NCBI GenBank assembly: GCA_018969605.1
Contig: JAGWXY010000003.1
Location: 66 to 64,065 of the forward strand
Origin: Verrucomicrobiota bacterium
GTDB taxonomy: Bacteria > Verrucomicrobiota > Verrucomicrobiia > Verrucomicrobiales > Akkermansiaceae
Length of the DNA stretch: 64,000 bases
Direction of reading: 5' to 3'
The first letter of the stretch is position 1. Every line of letters starts with the position of its first letter. Positions 51,020 to 60,332 of the stretch are shown in pieces. The notes beneath the pieces were generated by a model. It was not told the origin of the DNA and searched no databases. It saw only the letters and a list, made by a program, of their open reading frames with translations. The translations under genes were made by a program, and so were the position numbers.

Positions 51020-51536
51020 GTCGGTCCTCCTTGATGCGGCGCAGGTCGTGCGCCAATTGTTCCAACGCGTAACGGTATCGCGAAGCAGCGGTGTTCGCTG
51101 AAATGGCGAGTGTCTCGGCGATCTGTTGAAAGGTAAGCCCGCCCCAGAATTTCATGATCACCACCTCACGAAGCTTCGGGCTCAGATCCTTGATCTTTTC
51201 GCGCAGCAAAAGGGCATCCTCATCATCCTCGAGCACAGGATCGAGCCACATGTCCTGAAAGTCATTGAGGTAAATCACCGACTCCTCGCGTTTTTTGCGC
51301 CGACGCTCGCTGCGATGGAAATTGAGACCACAAAAACGGATGGTCGAAAACACCAGCGGCAGGTCCGGTGGCATGTGACCGCGTTCGGCCTGATGATGCC
51401 ACATTTTTAAAACAGCTTCCTGCACGAGATCCTCGGCATCCTCGCGAGATTGACACCAACTGCGCGCAAAAAGCAAAAGCTTCGAGCCGTGCTCGGCCAG
51501 CCAGCCCTTCCAATTTTCTGCGACGCAGGATGCCAT
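51006..51536 (-). CDS. ECF-subfamily RNA polymerase sigma factor
   Basis: 176 aa. Region 2 'EDAEDLVQEAVLKMW' and region 4 'REVVIMKFWGGLTFQQIAETLAISANTAASRYRYALEQL'. Confidence 0.85.
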   Translation of the reverse strand: MASCVAENWKGWLAEHGSKLLLFARSWCQSREDAEDLVQEAVLKMWHHQAERGHMPPDLPLVFSTIRFCGLNFHRSERRRKKREESVIYLNDFQDMWLDPVLEDDEDALLLREKIKDLSPKLREVVIMKFWGGLTFQQIAETLAISANTAASRYRYALEQLAHDLRRIKEDRHAQA

Positions 51537-51602
51537 CAGGGGAATAATGCCACCCTTGAGGGGCTTTGTCTGTAAATTACCCCAAAATTTGGCCAGAAAA
51601 AA

Positions 51603-51974
51603 TCAGTCTATGAAGCGGATTTTTGCCGGCATCGGCAGCTTGCCCTGAGCCATCGCAGCATGCTGTTCATCCGTACAAGCGGAGTTGATCGGCGCATCGG
51701 GAGCCGCGTCGTTGGCTTGAAGCAGGCCATTGGAAATCATCCACGCCTCGACTTCTTCGCCGCTGATGTCCGGCAGCATATGGCCGTTGATCTCGACGCA
51801 TGGTGAGAGCGACTGACCGCTTCGCTGTTCCATCTCCCAGCGGAAGGCGGGGTTCTTGATGATATCCTTTTCTTCATACTCGAGGCCGTATTTGCGCATG
51901 ATGGCGCGAACTCCTTCGCTCCATCCGCAATAGGTTTTGAGGTAGGCGGTGATTTTCAAAGGTGACTGGCTCAT
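51603..51974 (-). CDS. glutaredoxin-like (thioredoxin-fold) protein
   Basis: Start taken at '[26 protein letters not shown]'. Monothiol-type 'YCGWS' and '[11 protein letters not shown]'. Confidence 0.6.
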   Translation of the reverse strand: MSQSPLKITAYLKTYCGWSEGVRAIMRKYGLEYEEKDIIKNPAFRWEMEQRSGQSLSPCVEINGHMLPDISGEEVEAWMISNGLLQANDAAPDAPINSACTDEQHAAMAQGKLPMPAKIRFID

Positions 51975-52164
51975 GGTAGGAAAGTGCCCAAGCCATAGCG
52001 CGGGACGCCTCAGTCCGCAAGCAAAGCGATCGGAGTTTCTCGCACGACAGCATGAGGGCAAATGTGCTGGGCAAGCGAAGCTGGCGATAATAGGGTCCGC
52101 CTCGCCCCAAATTTTTTCCGATTTACCCGCCGTGCCGACGCCGCCGCCGCAAAAACCGCTTCTG

Positions 52165-54264
52165 ATGACGCCGCACGATGCGCTGAAGAAATACTTTGGC
52201 TACAGCGGGTTTCTCGACGGCCAGGAAGAGGTCATTTCGGAAATTGTCGCCGGCCGGGATGGCTTGGTCGTGATGCCCACCGGCGGTGGCAAGTCGCTTT
52301 GCTTTCAAATCCCGGCACTCTGCTTCGGCGGAGTCACGATCGTCATCTCGCCGCTCATCGCGCTGATGAAAGATCAGGTCGATGCACTCACAGCGCGCAA
52401 CATTCCGGCGACGATGATCAACTCGACCCTCAGCTGGCCGGAGCAGCGCGAGCGGCTCGACGGCATGAAAAACGGCGATTGGAAACTCGTGTATGTCGCG
52501 CCCGAGCGGTTTCGCGCCGAGAGTTTTCTCAAAGCCCTCGAGGGCATCGAAATCTCGCTGTTCGCAGTCGATGAGGCCCACTGCCTCAGTCAGTGGGGTC
52601 ACGATTTTCGGCCCGATTACCTACGCCTCGGACGCGCGCTGAAAACCATCGGTCATCCGCAATGCGTCGCCCTCACCGCCACCGCCACGCCGGTGGTGCG
52701 CCACGACATCAGCTCGGTGCTCGCCCTGCGCGAACCATTCGAACGCGTCAGCGGATTTTCGCGACCGAACCTTTCCCTCAACATCACCGCCGTCGACACG
52801 ACCCTGCAAAAGGACGAGCGGATGAAATCAGTCATCGCCGCCCACAAAACCGGCATTGTCTACTGTGCGACGCGCAAAAAAGTCGAGTCGGTTTCCGAAA
52901 CCATCGCCAGCTGGGGGCTCAAGTGCGTGGCTTACCACGGTGGCATGAGCGACCAGGAACGCGAACAGGCACAGGAACAATTCATTTGCCGCAAGGCCGA
53001 CATCGCGGTCGCGACCAACGCCTTCGGCATGGGCATCGACCGCTCGGATGTGCGCTTTGTGATCCATTACGAAATCCCCGGCAGCGTCGAGGCATACTAC
53101 CAGGAAGCGGGACGCGCTGGACGCGATGGCGAGGCTTCCACCTGCGAGCTGCTTTTCAATTATGCCGACACCCGCACTCAGGAATTTTTCATTGATGGCG
53201 CCAACCCCACCGCCGCGGTGATCCGCTCGATTTACCGTCACCTGCTCGATCAGTGCGACAAGGAATTCGAAGTCCACGAAACCCTCGAAGAAATCGCCGA
53301 GGCTTCCGATGTGCGCAACTCGATGTCGGTAGGCAGCGCCCTCACCGCCCTCAGCCGCGCAGGATACATCGAGCGCTTCGATGTCCCCAAACGCCGCATG
53401 CGCGGCACCCGCTTGCTCAAACCGCACATCAACCCCGGCCAACTCGAACTCGACGAGGCCGCAATCGAGGAAAAAGAAAAACGCGACCGCGACAAACTCA
53501 AGTCAATGGTCGAAATGAGCTACTCGCGAACCTGCCGCCAGCAATGGATCCTCGCGTACTTCGGTGAAGCAAATCCCAGCACCTGCGGGAGCTGTGACAT
53601 ATGCCGAAACTCGAGCGCCAGCGAGCACCGCGCACCCACGAAAGAAGAAGCACTCATCGTCAAAAAAGCCCTCAGCGGCGTTGCCCGCATGTCACGCCGC
53701 ACGGCCAACGGCTGGGAAGCACGCTTCGGCCGCGGCCGCATCGTGCAAATGCTCGCCGGCAGCAAGTCTCAGGAAATCATCAGCGCCGGGCTCGACCAAC
53801 TCAGCACCTACGGCATCCTGCGCGAAAAAGGCACCGGTTACCTCAACAGCCTCATGCGCTCACTCGCCGATGCGGGACTCGTCCAAACGATCGCCGGCGA
53901 ATATCCGCTGATGACGCTCACGCCACTTGGCGATTCGGTGATGCGCGAAGAGGCCTCCTACACGCTCGTCTGGCCAGACAGCGAAGCCTCGCGCCCGACA
54001 GTCGATCTCAAGGACCACGGTTTTGACCCGCAACTTTACTCCTTGCTCAAAGGACTGCGCGCCAAACTCGCCGCACGCGAAAAAGTCCCGCCCTATGTGG
54101 TCTTCGGCAACAAAACGATCGAAGCGATCGCCCGCTATCAACCCACCAACCACGACGAAGCTCTCCTCATCCCCGGCATCGGCGCCGCCAAACTCCAACG
54201 CTACGCCACACCCTTTCTCGAACTGATCCGCTCGTGGAAATATTCCCGAAAACCCACCAGATGA
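52165..54264 (+). CDS. recQ: ATP-dependent DNA helicase RecQ
   Basis: Start taken at '[16 protein letters not shown]'. '[18 protein letters not shown]', '[19 protein letters not shown]', zinc-binding 'CGSCDIC' and a C-terminal HRDC-like region. Confidence 0.95.
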   Translation: MTPHDALKKYFGYSGFLDGQEEVISEIVAGRDGLVVMPTGGGKSLCFQIPALCFGGVTIVISPLIALMKDQVDALTARNIPATMINSTLSWPEQRERLDGMKNGDWKLVYVAPERFRAESFLKALEGIEISLFAVDEAHCLSQWGHDFRPDYLRLGRALKTIGHPQCVALTATATPVVRHDISSVLALREPFERVSGFSRPNLSLNITAVDTTLQKDERMKSVIAAHKTGIVYCATRKKVESVSETIASWGLKCVAYHGGMSDQEREQAQEQFICRKADIAVATNAFGMGIDRSDVRFVIHYEIPGSVEAYYQEAGRAGRDGEASTCELLFNYADTRTQEFFIDGANPTAAVIRSIYRHLLDQCDKEFEVHETLEEIAEASDVRNSMSVGSALTALSRAGYIERFDVPKRRMRGTRLLKPHINPGQLELDEAAIEEKEKRDRDKLKSMVEMSYSRTCRQQWILAYFGEANPSTCGSCDICRNSSASEHRAPTKEEALIVKKALSGVARMSRRTANGWEARFGRGRIVQMLAGSKSQEIISAGLDQLSTYGILREKGTGYLNSLMRSLADAGLVQTIAGEYPLMTLTPLGDSVMREEASYTLVWPDSEASRPTVDLKDHGFDPQLYSLLKGLRAKLAAREKVPPYVVFGNKTIEAIARYQPTNHDEALLIPGIGAAKLQRYATPFLELIRSWKYSRKPTR

Positions 54265-54937
54265 TTTAAGGTTCACTTGGATCTTGGCTGGAACGCATCC
54301 GTCTTCCTGCTGCATAAGAAACCCGGCTCGTTCTATCACAATCACGTTCAGTAAGTCGAAATCACTCTGGGATATCTGGTTTGCCGAATCGCTAGCGGTA
54401 AAGATACGCCTCATGCGCGAGCCATTCATAGCCAAGCGGGTTGCATACTCAAGCGAACGAAAACCGCAAAACGGAGCGTCGATCTTAGAAAAAATGTTGC
54501 AATGCGAGGCATGACCCCAGAGACGCAACACTCAGAAGCCAGTCACGAAGTGGAAGTGTTTTTTTTGAATCGCAATTCATCCGATCAGATGAATTCGTTG
54601 ATCAGATTTTCGATGAATTCCTGGCGGCCGCTTTGATTCTTGGTCGGATTGCCTTTTTTGAGGGCGTAGTGCTCGAGTGATTTGATGCATGCCCTGCCGG
54701 CCGGCATGGATCAACGCAACGACTACCTCGGCGAGGAGGTCATCGTCATGCTCTTCTCGATGATCCATCACCACGAAGCCGCCGTGCAGAAACACCCGAG
54801 CGCCAGCATGATCGGCTGCAGATGAATGAACGGCTCGACAGTGAAACATAGAGAACCGTGACATCTTCGCCACATTCCAGCGCTGCCACATGTGACAAGC
54901 AATTCACCAAAAACCATTCGCGAGATGCTGCCGCGTT
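54265..54937 (-). pseudogene. decayed coding remnants, AT-richer than the flanks
   Basis: There is no clean ORF. Minus-strand fragments switch frame ('VFLHGGFVVMDHREEHDDDLLAEVVVALIHAGRQG', then 'IKSLEHYALKKGNPTKNQSGRQEFIENLINEFI*'). A second fragment ('RMRRIFTASDSANQISQSDFDLLNVIVIERAGF') has no stop before running antisense into recQ. Confidence 0.45.
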
Positions 54938-55918
54938 TTGGATGCTCCAATGCGAACCAGGAAACGCCGCATCATGGAAGCTGGAAACCAAGTCACCATT
55001 CCCGCACCCGCCTATCGCAAAATTCGCAACCACGAAGAACTCAAACGGCCCCGCAATCCAAAAAAATTTCCGGAAGAAAAATTCGGTTCCAACACAGTCG
55101 ACGACCTCAGCCACCGACTTCTCAAGATTGCCCTCATCGCCGCGCCACTCTTCATCGTCACCGGTCTCTGGCTCCTTGGCCTTTCGCGCAACGAGCCCGA
55201 ATCCTTTGAGGACAAGTCGCCGCAAATCCACAGCCCCGACGCTCGCGCGCAAAGCACGCCCAAAGCCACATGGGCCGGTCTCCAGCCACGGCAAATTGCG
55301 GAAAATTTTCTCCAAGCCACCACCCATGAAGAACGCCTCAAATGGGTGCGCGAATCCGCCAACATCGCGGACATCGTCGGCGACTACTACCGCAGCGCTA
55401 GCGGTGCCTCGGAAACGATGCGGCGCCTCCGCAGCATGGATGACATCGAGACCGGAGACGGACTCCTCGCACGCTTCATGGTCGAGATGAAGGACGGCAG
55501 CGAACGCCTGCTGTTTGTTCCCTACTCCGAGAGCGGCGTTCGCGGCGTGGACTTCAAATCCTTCAGCATCCATTGCAGCCACCCATGGAATGCCATTCTC
55601 GACGGCACCGCTAGCAAGGCCGATGAGGTTCGCGTCAACCTCGAGCTCGCCAGCTACTACAACTTCGAATTTGCCGATGAAACCCAATGGTTCTGTTTCG
55701 CCGCAACCTCACCTAGGCTCGAAGGCACGCTTCACTTCTACGCACGCCGCGACGACCCCACGCTCCAAGCCCTCATCAACTACCCCTTCGCAAGCCCGCT
55801 GCGCTTCACCGTCTCGATCGAAAGCACCGGCCAATCCCACCAACACCGCCAATGGCGATTGAGCAAAGTGCTCTTCCCCGGTTGGGTCGAGCCGACCATA
55901 GCAACGAGAGATGGGTGA
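54938..55918 (+). CDS. hypothetical single-pass membrane protein
   Basis: 326-aa ORF (alternative start at 54974). TM helix 'LLKIALIAAPLFIVTGLWLLGL'. No recognisable domain. Confidence 0.55.
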   Translation: MDAPMRTRKRRIMEAGNQVTIPAPAYRKIRNHEELKRPRNPKKFPEEKFGSNTVDDLSHRLLKIALIAAPLFIVTGLWLLGLSRNEPESFEDKSPQIHSPDARAQSTPKATWAGLQPRQIAENFLQATTHEERLKWVRESANIADIVGDYYRSASGASETMRRLRSMDDIETGDGLLARFMVEMKDGSERLLFVPYSESGVRGVDFKSFSIHCSHPWNAILDGTASKADEVRVNLELASYYNFEFADETQWFCFAATSPRLEGTLHFYARRDDPTLQALINYPFASPLRFTVSIESTGQSHQHRQWRLSKVLFPGWVEPTIATRDG

Positions 55919-56024
55919 TGGTTTGGTTGGTTGAAGGTTATTATAGAAGAGAAAGAAACGGCTTATTCTTCATCTGCCACTTCGATGTTCAATGTTGGAT
56001 GTTCGACGTTCAATTCTTTGCCTC
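55917..56024 (+). repeat. dispersed intergenic element, copy B
   Basis: GGTTTGGTTGGTTGAAGGTTATTATA, then an imperfect purine/pyrimidine hairpin, then four tandem heptamers CACTTC-GATGTTC-AATGTTG-GATGTTC-GACGTTC (55977-56013). Confidence 0.6.
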
Positions 56025-57866
56025 TCACTCAACCGTCACGCTCTTGGCGAGGTTGCGTGGTTGGTCGATCTCGCAGCCGCGAAGTCGGGCGACATGGTAG
56101 GAGAAAAGCTGCAGCGCCACGACTGCGGGAATCGTCGCGACCAACGGGTGACAACGCGGGATGGCGATGAAGTCATCCATGCACTCGGCGGCTTCATCAT
56201 CACCTTCGGTGACGATGCCAATGATCCTTGCCCCGCGAGCGCGGCATTCCTCGATGTTGCCCAGCACCTTGTCCTTGCCGGGAATGTCGCAGGCGAGTGC
56301 CACCACCGGCGTGCCATCGACGAGCAATGCGATCGGGCCATGCTTCAATTCCGCCGCATGATATCCCTCGGCGTGGATGTAAGAAATTTCCTTGAGCTTC
56401 AATGCCCCCTCCAAAGCCACCGGATACATCGGCCCGCGACCGATGAAAAACGCATGTTCTTCGTTGGCGTAGGATTCGGCGATCTTTGCAATGTGCGCAT
56501 CCTGCGCCACGACCTTTTGTACCAGCGTCGGAATCATTTCGATCTCATGCGCCAATCGAATGCCCTCGTCGCGAGAATATCGCCGGCCACGGCCGATCTT
56601 GAGCGCCATCATTAGCAACACCGCCACTTGGCAGGTGAAGGCCTTGGTCGAGGCGACCGAAATTTCCGGCCCTGCGTGCAAATAAACTCCCCTGCCTGTT
56701 TCACGCGCAATGGTCGATCCGACGACATTGCACAAGCTCATCACAAAGGCCCCCTTCTGGTTCGCCTCGCGCACCGCTGCGAGCGTGTCGGCAGTCTCGC
56801 CCGATTGCGAAATTGCGACCACCAGATCGCGACTGCCAACGATCGGATTCCGATAACGAAACTCCGCTGCCTGCTGGACTTCGGCATTAATGTCGGCCAA
56901 GTCCTCAAACGCATATTCGCCCACCAAACCCGCATGCAGCGATGTGCCACAGCCAACGATCACCACGCGGTTGAGGTCGGCCAAATCGCGTGCCGAAGTC
57001 CCCATGCCCGCGAGCACCGAAGTACCGAGGTTGAGGTCAAGCCGCCCGCGGATCGCATTGCCCAAGGAGTCCGGTTGCTCGTGGATCTCCTTCAACATGA
57101 AATGCTCATAACCACCCTTCTCCGCCGCCGAGGCATCCATGCCAAGCTCGGCAATCTCGCGCGTGACAGGCACATTGTTGAGATCGCGGATATCGACGGA
57201 GTCCGCCGTGACAATCGCGATATCGTCGTCGTCGAGATAAATCACTCGCTGCGTGTGGGCAACGATCGCCGAAGCATCGGACGCAATGATCGTTTCGCCA
57301 TCGCCGACGCCGATCACGATCGGGCTGCCGCGTCGCGCGGTGATGATGCGACCCGGCTCGCGCGCCGAGAGCACCGCGATGCCAAATGTTCCTTCGACCT
57401 GATGCAAGGCATCGCAGACCGCTTGGAAAAGATCGCCCTTGTCGCAATCGCCAATCAAATGCGAGAGCACTTCGGTGTCGGTTTCCGAGAGGAAATGATG
57501 ACCCTTGCCCTCGAGCCTCGCACGCAGCGAGCGGTAGTTTTCAATGATGCCATTGTGCACCAATGCGATGTCGCCACTTTGGTCGAGGTGCGGATGTGCA
57601 TTGACCTCGGTCGGCGGCCCGTGGGTTGCCCAACGCGTGTGCGCGATGCCGGTGCTGGCGCGCACAAACCTTTCCGCCGGCCAGTCGGCGCGCGCGCGAT
57701 CCTTCAATGCCGCCACCTTGCCCGGAGCCTTCGCCACCGCGATGCGATCGCCATCCATCACTGCGAGACCGGCCGAGTCGTAGCCGCGATACTCAAGCCG
57801 ACGCAGGCCATTGATGAGCACCTTGGGCGCCTCCGCTTTGCCAATGTATCCGACGATTCCGCACAT
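56025..57866 (-). CDS. glmS: glutamine--fructose-6-phosphate aminotransferase
   Basis: 613 aa. N-terminal 'MCGIVGYIG', two SIS domains and C-terminal 'NLAKSVTVE'. Confidence 0.95.
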   Translation of the reverse strand: MCGIVGYIGKAEAPKVLINGLRRLEYRGYDSAGLAVMDGDRIAVAKAPGKVAALKDRARADWPAERFVRASTGIAHTRWATHGPPTEVNAHPHLDQSGDIALVHNGIIENYRSLRARLEGKGHHFLSETDTEVLSHLIGDCDKGDLFQAVCDALHQVEGTFGIAVLSAREPGRIITARRGSPIVIGVGDGETIIASDASAIVAHTQRVIYLDDDDIAIVTADSVDIRDLNNVPVTREIAELGMDASAAEKGGYEHFMLKEIHEQPDSLGNAIRGRLDLNLGTSVLAGMGTSARDLADLNRVVIVGCGTSLHAGLVGEYAFEDLADINAEVQQAAEFRYRNPIVGSRDLVVAISQSGETADTLAAVREANQKGAFVMSLCNVVGSTIARETGRGVYLHAGPEISVASTKAFTCQVAVLLMMALKIGRGRRYSRDEGIRLAHEIEMIPTLVQKVVAQDAHIAKIAESYANEEHAFFIGRGPMYPVALEGALKLKEISYIHAEGYHAAELKHGPIALLVDGTPVVALACDIPGKDKVLGNIEECRARGARIIGIVTEGDDEAAECMDDFIAIPRCHPLVATIPAVVALQLFSYHVARLRGCEIDQPRNLAKSVTVE

Positions 57867-57899
57867 GATTTTTGAGGGCTGATGATTTGGTTCGAAAAC

Positions 57900-58739
57900 T
57901 CAAGCGAGCGGATGCACATCGCGTTGCACGATGGAGCCCGGTAAAGTGGTGGTACCCGGCCACATTTTGCGACCGGGATAAATCGATGTGTTGATGCCAG
58001 TATGCACGCCGTCGCCGACGATCGCGCCAAATTTCCTGCGCCCCGTGTCGACGAGCTCGCCGGCAACCGTCGAGCGATGATTCGATCCATCGTGCCGCAG
58101 GTTCGAAGTGGTGGTGCCGGCACCGAAGTTGACGCCTTCGCCAAGCACCGAATCGCCGACATACGACAAATGCCCGATGCTGCTGCGATCGAGCACGATG
58201 GTGTTCTTGATCTCAACCGACTGACCGATGTGGCAGCCATCGCCGATGCTGGTGTTGCCGCGGATGTAGCAATTCGGCCCAATCTTGCAGTTGCGACCGA
58301 TCACCACATTTCCCTCGATGAAAACTCCCGGCAAAATCCGCGTGCCTTCGCCGATATGGATCAAGCCCTCGACCACTGCCAAGGGGTGCACTTCGCCATC
58401 GATGATGCTTTCACCGAGCGAGCCGACCCATGCTTCGTTGGCGCGCAAAAAATCCCATGGATAGCGAATGAGAAACGATTCGCGCGCGGCAATCGCATCA
58501 CCAATACCATCAAGCCTCCACGCAATCTTCTCACCCGATGCGTCGAGCAAAGAGCTGCATTCGCCTGCGGCAAGCAGCGCCACTTCGTCAGACGCCAGCC
58601 ATGCGTGCGAATGAACGCCAAGTGCCGCGGAACCCACCAAGCGTTGCTGGTGCGCGGACAAGGCAATGTTGCCAATGGGGAAATCACCAATCGCCCGACC
58701 AAGGGTCAGCGGATGACAGTCGCTTGCTTTGAACTCCAT
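57900..58739 (-). CDS. left-handed beta-helix (hexapeptide-repeat) protein, GlmU C-terminal-domain-like
   Basis: Start taken at 'MEFKASDCHPL'. Hexapeptide repeats 'IGEGTRILPGVFIEGNVVIGRNCKIGPNCYIRGNTSIGDGCHIGQSVEIKNTIV'. The N-terminal ~110 aa are too short for a full nucleotidyltransferase fold. Confidence 0.6.
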   Translation of the reverse strand: MEFKASDCHPLTLGRAIGDFPIGNIALSAHQQRLVGSAALGVHSHAWLASDEVALLAAGECSSLLDASGEKIAWRLDGIGDAIAARESFLIRYPWDFLRANEAWVGSLGESIIDGEVHPLAVVEGLIHIGEGTRILPGVFIEGNVVIGRNCKIGPNCYIRGNTSIGDGCHIGQSVEIKNTIVLDRSSIGHLSYVGDSVLGEGVNFGAGTTTSNLRHDGSNHRSTVAGELVDTGRRKFGAIVGDGVHTGINTSIYPGRKMWPGTTTLPGSIVQRDVHPLA

Positions 58740-58752
58740 GTGAAAAAAAACT

Positions 58753-60099
58753 CTAACCGATTTCCTCGCGAATGACCGACGAGAATTTTTCGACCCATGC
58801 CCGGCACTCGACGGCATCCTTGTGTTCGACCAGCACGCGGATCTTGTTCTCGGTGCCCGAGTAACGGATCAGGTGCCGTCCGTGATCGCCAAACTCGCTG
58901 GTCGCGCGATCCATGAGCTCGTTGAGTTTTCCAAGCGTGCCGATCGGCGGCTTTGATGCCACCGGCATGTTGACGAGTTGCGAGGGATACTCGTGCATCA
59001 CCGCCGCCAACTGCGCGAGCGTCGCATTGCGATCACGCATCATGCGCAGCACCTGCAAGGCACTCAGGATGCCGTCACCGGTCGTGGCGTAATCGCCGAA
59101 AATCAAATGACCCGAATTTTCCCCGCCAAACGAATGCCCACCCTTGCGCATGCGCTCGATGACGTTGCGGTCGCCCACCGCCGTCGCTTCGACGCGGATG
59201 CCATGACGCTTCATGGTTTCCTTGAGCCCAAGATTGCTCATGACCGTCGCCACCAAAGTGTCATTGCGCAGTTTGCCCTGTTCCTTGAGGCTGATCGCAC
59301 AAAGGGCGAGAATCCGATCGCCGCTCACGACTTGTCCGTCCGCGTCGGTAAAGATCACGCGGTCGGCATCGCCATCGAATGAGACGCCAAGGTCCGCGCC
59401 AAACTTGCGCACGAGCTCGCCGGCATTTTCCGGATGCAAAGCACCGCAGCCGTGATTGATGTTGAGTCCGTCGGGCTGAATGCCGGTGGTGTAAACCTCG
59501 GCACCAAGCTCCTTGAAAATCAGCGGCGCGATGAAATACGCGGCACCATGACCGCAATCGACAACAATCTTGAGCCCATGCAGCGAGATGTTATCGGCGG
59601 CATTTTTTGCAAACTCGATGTAGCGGCCGCGCGCGTCATCGATACGATGCGCCTTGCCAATCTGCCGCGGCGGCAAGGGAGCGGCCTCGGCGACATCTCC
59701 CAAAATGTGACGCTCGATCATCGCCTCAAGGTCATCGGAAAGTTTGTAGCCATCGGGCCCGAAAATTTTCAGCCCGTTGTCCTCATACGGATTGTGCGAA
59801 GCAGTGATCATGATCCCGGCCGCGGCACCCATCGACTTGGTCAAATGCGCCACCGCCGGCGTCGGCAAGGGCCCGACCATGAAAACATCCATGCCCATCG
59901 ACACCAAGCCACTGGTCAGCGCCGTCTCCAACATGTAGCCGGAAATCCGCGTGTCCTTGCCGACCAAAACCCGGTTGCGGCTCGCCCCCGGCGATCGCAG
60001 GACATTGGCCACTGCCTTGCCCGTTCTCAATGCCACTTCCGCCGTGATCGGAAATTCGTTCACCCGCCCGCGGATACCGTCTGTGCCAAACAATTTCAT
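58753..60099 (-). CDS. glmM: phosphoglucosamine mutase
   Basis: 'MKLFGTDGIRG' and active-site 'ITASHNPYEDNGLK'. Confidence 0.95.
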   Translation of the reverse strand: MKLFGTDGIRGRVNEFPITAEVALRTGKAVANVLRSPGASRNRVLVGKDTRISGYMLETALTSGLVSMGMDVFMVGPLPTPAVAHLTKSMGAAAGIMITASHNPYEDNGLKIFGPDGYKLSDDLEAMIERHILGDVAEAAPLPPRQIGKAHRIDDARGRYIEFAKNAADNISLHGLKIVVDCGHGAAYFIAPLIFKELGAEVYTTGIQPDGLNINHGCGALHPENAGELVRKFGADLGVSFDGDADRVIFTDADGQVVSGDRILALCAISLKEQGKLRNDTLVATVMSNLGLKETMKRHGIRVEATAVGDRNVIERMRKGGHSFGGENSGHLIFGDYATTGDGILSALQVLRMMRDRNATLAQLAAVMHEYPSQLVNMPVASKPPIGTLGKLNELMDRATSEFGDHGRHLIRYSGTENKIRVLVEHKDAVECRAWVEKFSSVIREEIG

Positions 60100-60144
60100 A
60101 AAATCTTATCGAATATATTTTAGATGGAAAAATGCGGTTTAACA

Positions 60145-60166
60145 TTGTTCAAAAAAATTTGAACAA
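60145..60166. promoter_or_regulatory. perfect palindrome upstream of the glmM operon (candidate operator)
   Basis: TTGTTCAAA-AAAA-TTTGAACAA, 9-bp arms, 46-67 nt upstream of the glmM ATG in an AT-rich region. Confidence 0.45.
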
Positions 60167-60332
60167 ATCAAGACAAAAGCCAACAATTCCGAGAAAATTG
60201 GCATTTTTACCCCATCAAGCAGTCTCCCCAAGGGAAACCAAATGAGCGCCACTGCGGCACGGGGAACAAACAAAAGGTACGCCACCGATATGGACCCGCC
60301 CCGCGCCGCCGGCAAGCGATAATTTTGCGCGA

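Noticed and set aside
56628-57875. 415-aa ORF on the plus strand
   Set aside because: It is antisense to glmS, has no recognisable motifs, and is a shadow ORF.
57867-57899. glmS ribozyme upstream of glmS
   Set aside because: The gap to the upstream gene is 33 nt and glmS is the distal gene of an operon. There is no room for the ribozyme.
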